Source: Mogibacterium sp. (GTDB taxonomy: Bacteria > Bacillota > Clostridia > Peptostreptococcales > Anaerovoracaceae). Taken from it: a stretch of 55,721 nucleotides of DNA. The DNA lies in NCBI GenBank assembly GCA_017434585.1, contig JAFRFA010000134.1:1-55721 (forward strand). The letters are read 5' to 3'. Position numbers and translations under genes: made by a program. The notes beneath the pieces are model-generated. The model saw only the letters and a list, made by a program, of their open reading frames with translations. It did no database searches and was not told the origin of the DNA. The stretch's first letter is position 1, and each line of letters opens with the position of its first letter. This document shows, piece after piece, positions 54,572 through 55,721 of the stretch.

Positions 54572-55621
54572 TTACTTTTTCTTCTTGTCGTCTTCTACGA
54601 TCGGGAATGTGTCGATGTCAGTCCTGTACATGTGTCTTACCATCCTGAGCATGTTGGATGTATATCCGTACTCATTGTCGTAGTATCCGACGACCTTGAA
54701 GAACTTGTCGTTGACCTCGATGCCCATCTTTGCGTCGTATACAGACGGCGCCGGGCAGCCGATGAAGTCGATCGACGTGACTTCTTCTTCCGTATAGAGG
54801 AGAACATCCTTAAGATATGTCTCGGAGGCCTCCTTCATTGCCTTGTTGATGGCATCGTATGATGCGGAGCTTCTGAGGACAACGTCGAGGTCGACCGCGG
54901 ATACGTCTACAGCAGGGATACGGAACGCCATGCCCGTGATGGCGCCCTCGAGTTCAGGGATGACCAGAGCTACGGCCTTGGCCGCGCCTGTCGTGGTCGG
55001 GATGATGTTGTTGAATACCGAGCGTCCCATCCTCCAGTTGTACTTCGTACGTCCGTCATTGGTCTTCTGTTTGCCCGTAGTCGCGTGTATCGTAGTCAGG
55101 AGACCCTCATATATGCCCCACTTGTCGTTGATGACCTTGCAGATCGGAGCGAGGCAGTTGGTGGTGCAGGAAGCTGTCGAAACGACGTCCATGTTTCTCT
55201 TGTACCAGTCGTGGTTTACGCCGTATACGAAGGTAGGAGTTGTCTTGTCCTTTGCAGGAGCGGAGATGATGACCTTCTTTGCGCCTGCCTTGAGGTGAGG
55301 TGCGGATTTCTCGGTAGTCGTAAGAGTACCTGTACAGTCTATGACATACTCGGCTCCGCATTCTCCCCACGGGATGTTTTCCGGATCCGGTTCAAAGTAT
55401 ACAGGGATCTTTTTACCTCCGACGATTATGCCCTTGTCATAGGCCTTTACCTCTTCAGGGAATCTGCCGAAAGCGGAATCATATTTCAGCATGTACGCTA
55501 CGTAATCCGTATCAGCGTTACGCCAGTTGATCCCGACGACCTCCATGTCTTCGAACTGTCTGATGGCTCTCATGACACATGTAGCGATACGTCCCCAACC
55601 ATTGATACCAACCTTGATCAT
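54572..55621 (-). CDS. gap: glyceraldehyde-3-phosphate dehydrogenase (class I, GapA-like, divergent cofactor pocket)
   Basis: The 349-aa ORF contains [10 protein letters not shown] (catalytic Cys), [19 protein letters not shown] and WYDNEYGY. The N-terminal Rossmann motif is unusual: INGWGRIA and [11 protein letters not shown]. Confidence 0.93.
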   Translation of the reverse strand: MIKVGINGWGRIATCVMRAIRQFEDMEVVGINWRNADTDYVAYMLKYDSAFGRFPEEVKAYDKGIIVGGKKIPVYFEPDPENIPWGECGAEYVIDCTGTLTTTEKSAPHLKAGAKKVIISAPAKDKTTPTFVYGVNHDWYKRNMDVVSTASCTTNCLAPICKVINDKWGIYEGLLTTIHATTGKQKTNDGRTKYNWRMGRSVFNNIIPTTTGAAKAVALVIPELEGAITGMAFRIPAVDVSAVDLDVVLRSSASYDAINKAMKEASETYLKDVLLYTEEEVTSIDFIGCPAPSVYDAKMGIEVNDKFFKVVGYYDNEYGYTSNMLRMVRHMYRTDIDTFPIVEDDKKKK

Positions 55622-55681
55622 TTCTCTCCTCCTGGATCATTAAAAAGAAACAGTGCATAAAGCATTATTACATACATGATA

Positions 55682-55710
55682 ATTTTAACAACGGATATTT
55701 ATACTTTCAA
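55682..55710 (-). promoter_or_regulatory. putative sigma-A promoter for the gap-pgk-tpiA operon
   Basis: The minus strand has TTGAAA (55710-55705), a 17-nt spacer, then TAAAAT (55687-55682). It lies about 60 nt upstream of the gap start. AGGAGGAGAG precedes the ATG. Confidence 0.45.
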
Positions 55711-55721
55711 GGATTATTAAA

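Noticed and set aside
1-55721. I searched for CRISPR arrays, transposases or IS elements, integrases, prophage genes, toxin-antitoxin or restriction-modification modules, and other defence islands.
   Set aside because: None is visible. There are no tandem direct repeats with spacers, no recombinase-like ORFs, and no compositional break. Every large ORF has a housekeeping-type assignment except the few flagged in the findings.

Overview
This 55.7-kb window looks like core chromosome of a Firmicute, probably Clostridia or Lachnospiraceae-like. That guess rests on gene content: butyrate kinase, fused SecDF, type-A RNase P RNA, SigA, and the relA-MBL-hemZ-hisS-aspS order. It is densely packed housekeeping DNA. 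About 44 of 46 protein genes lie on the minus strand, mostly with spacers of 15 nt or less or overlapping stop/start codons. The only plus-strand island is nadK-rluA-like (43.9-45.6 kb).

Minus-strand transcription runs from high to low coordinates. The gene order is: gap-pgk-tpiA; secG plus a degenerate pyrophosphatase-like membrane protein; buk-pheS-pheT; acidic orphan-dgt-dnaG-rpoD-trmK-rnpB-giant activase fusion-yebC; yhdT-panF-S58 peptidase-polA-coaE; tRNA-Leu x2-yajC; a propeller/HD-GYP sensor; secDF-relA-MBL-hemZ-hisS-aspS-nadD-yqeK-rsfS-leuS-rnj-ylbF; a structured intergenic RNA candidate; efp-mltG-trmR-like-U32-tlyC-like-asp23-nusB-Kae1-like (truncated at the window edge).

I saw no CRISPR array, transposase, integrase, phage module or toxin-antitoxin pair, so there is no obvious accessory island or defence system. 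The observations most worth a second look are:
- a membrane-pyrophosphatase homologue that has lost most catalytic acidic and basic residues and is translationally coupled to secG
- an S58/DmpA-type self-processing peptidase with a charged insertion of about 190 aa directly before its NTT nucleophile
- a 14-blade propeller/Y_Y_Y extracellular sensor fused to an HD-GYP domain
- a 1441-aa double-activase fusion starting about 20 nt after rnpB
- a 190-nt 6S-like hairpin RNA candidate
- a GAPDH lacking the NAD-discriminating Asp

All family calls come from reading the translated ORFs and nucleotide motifs by eye. No searches were run.
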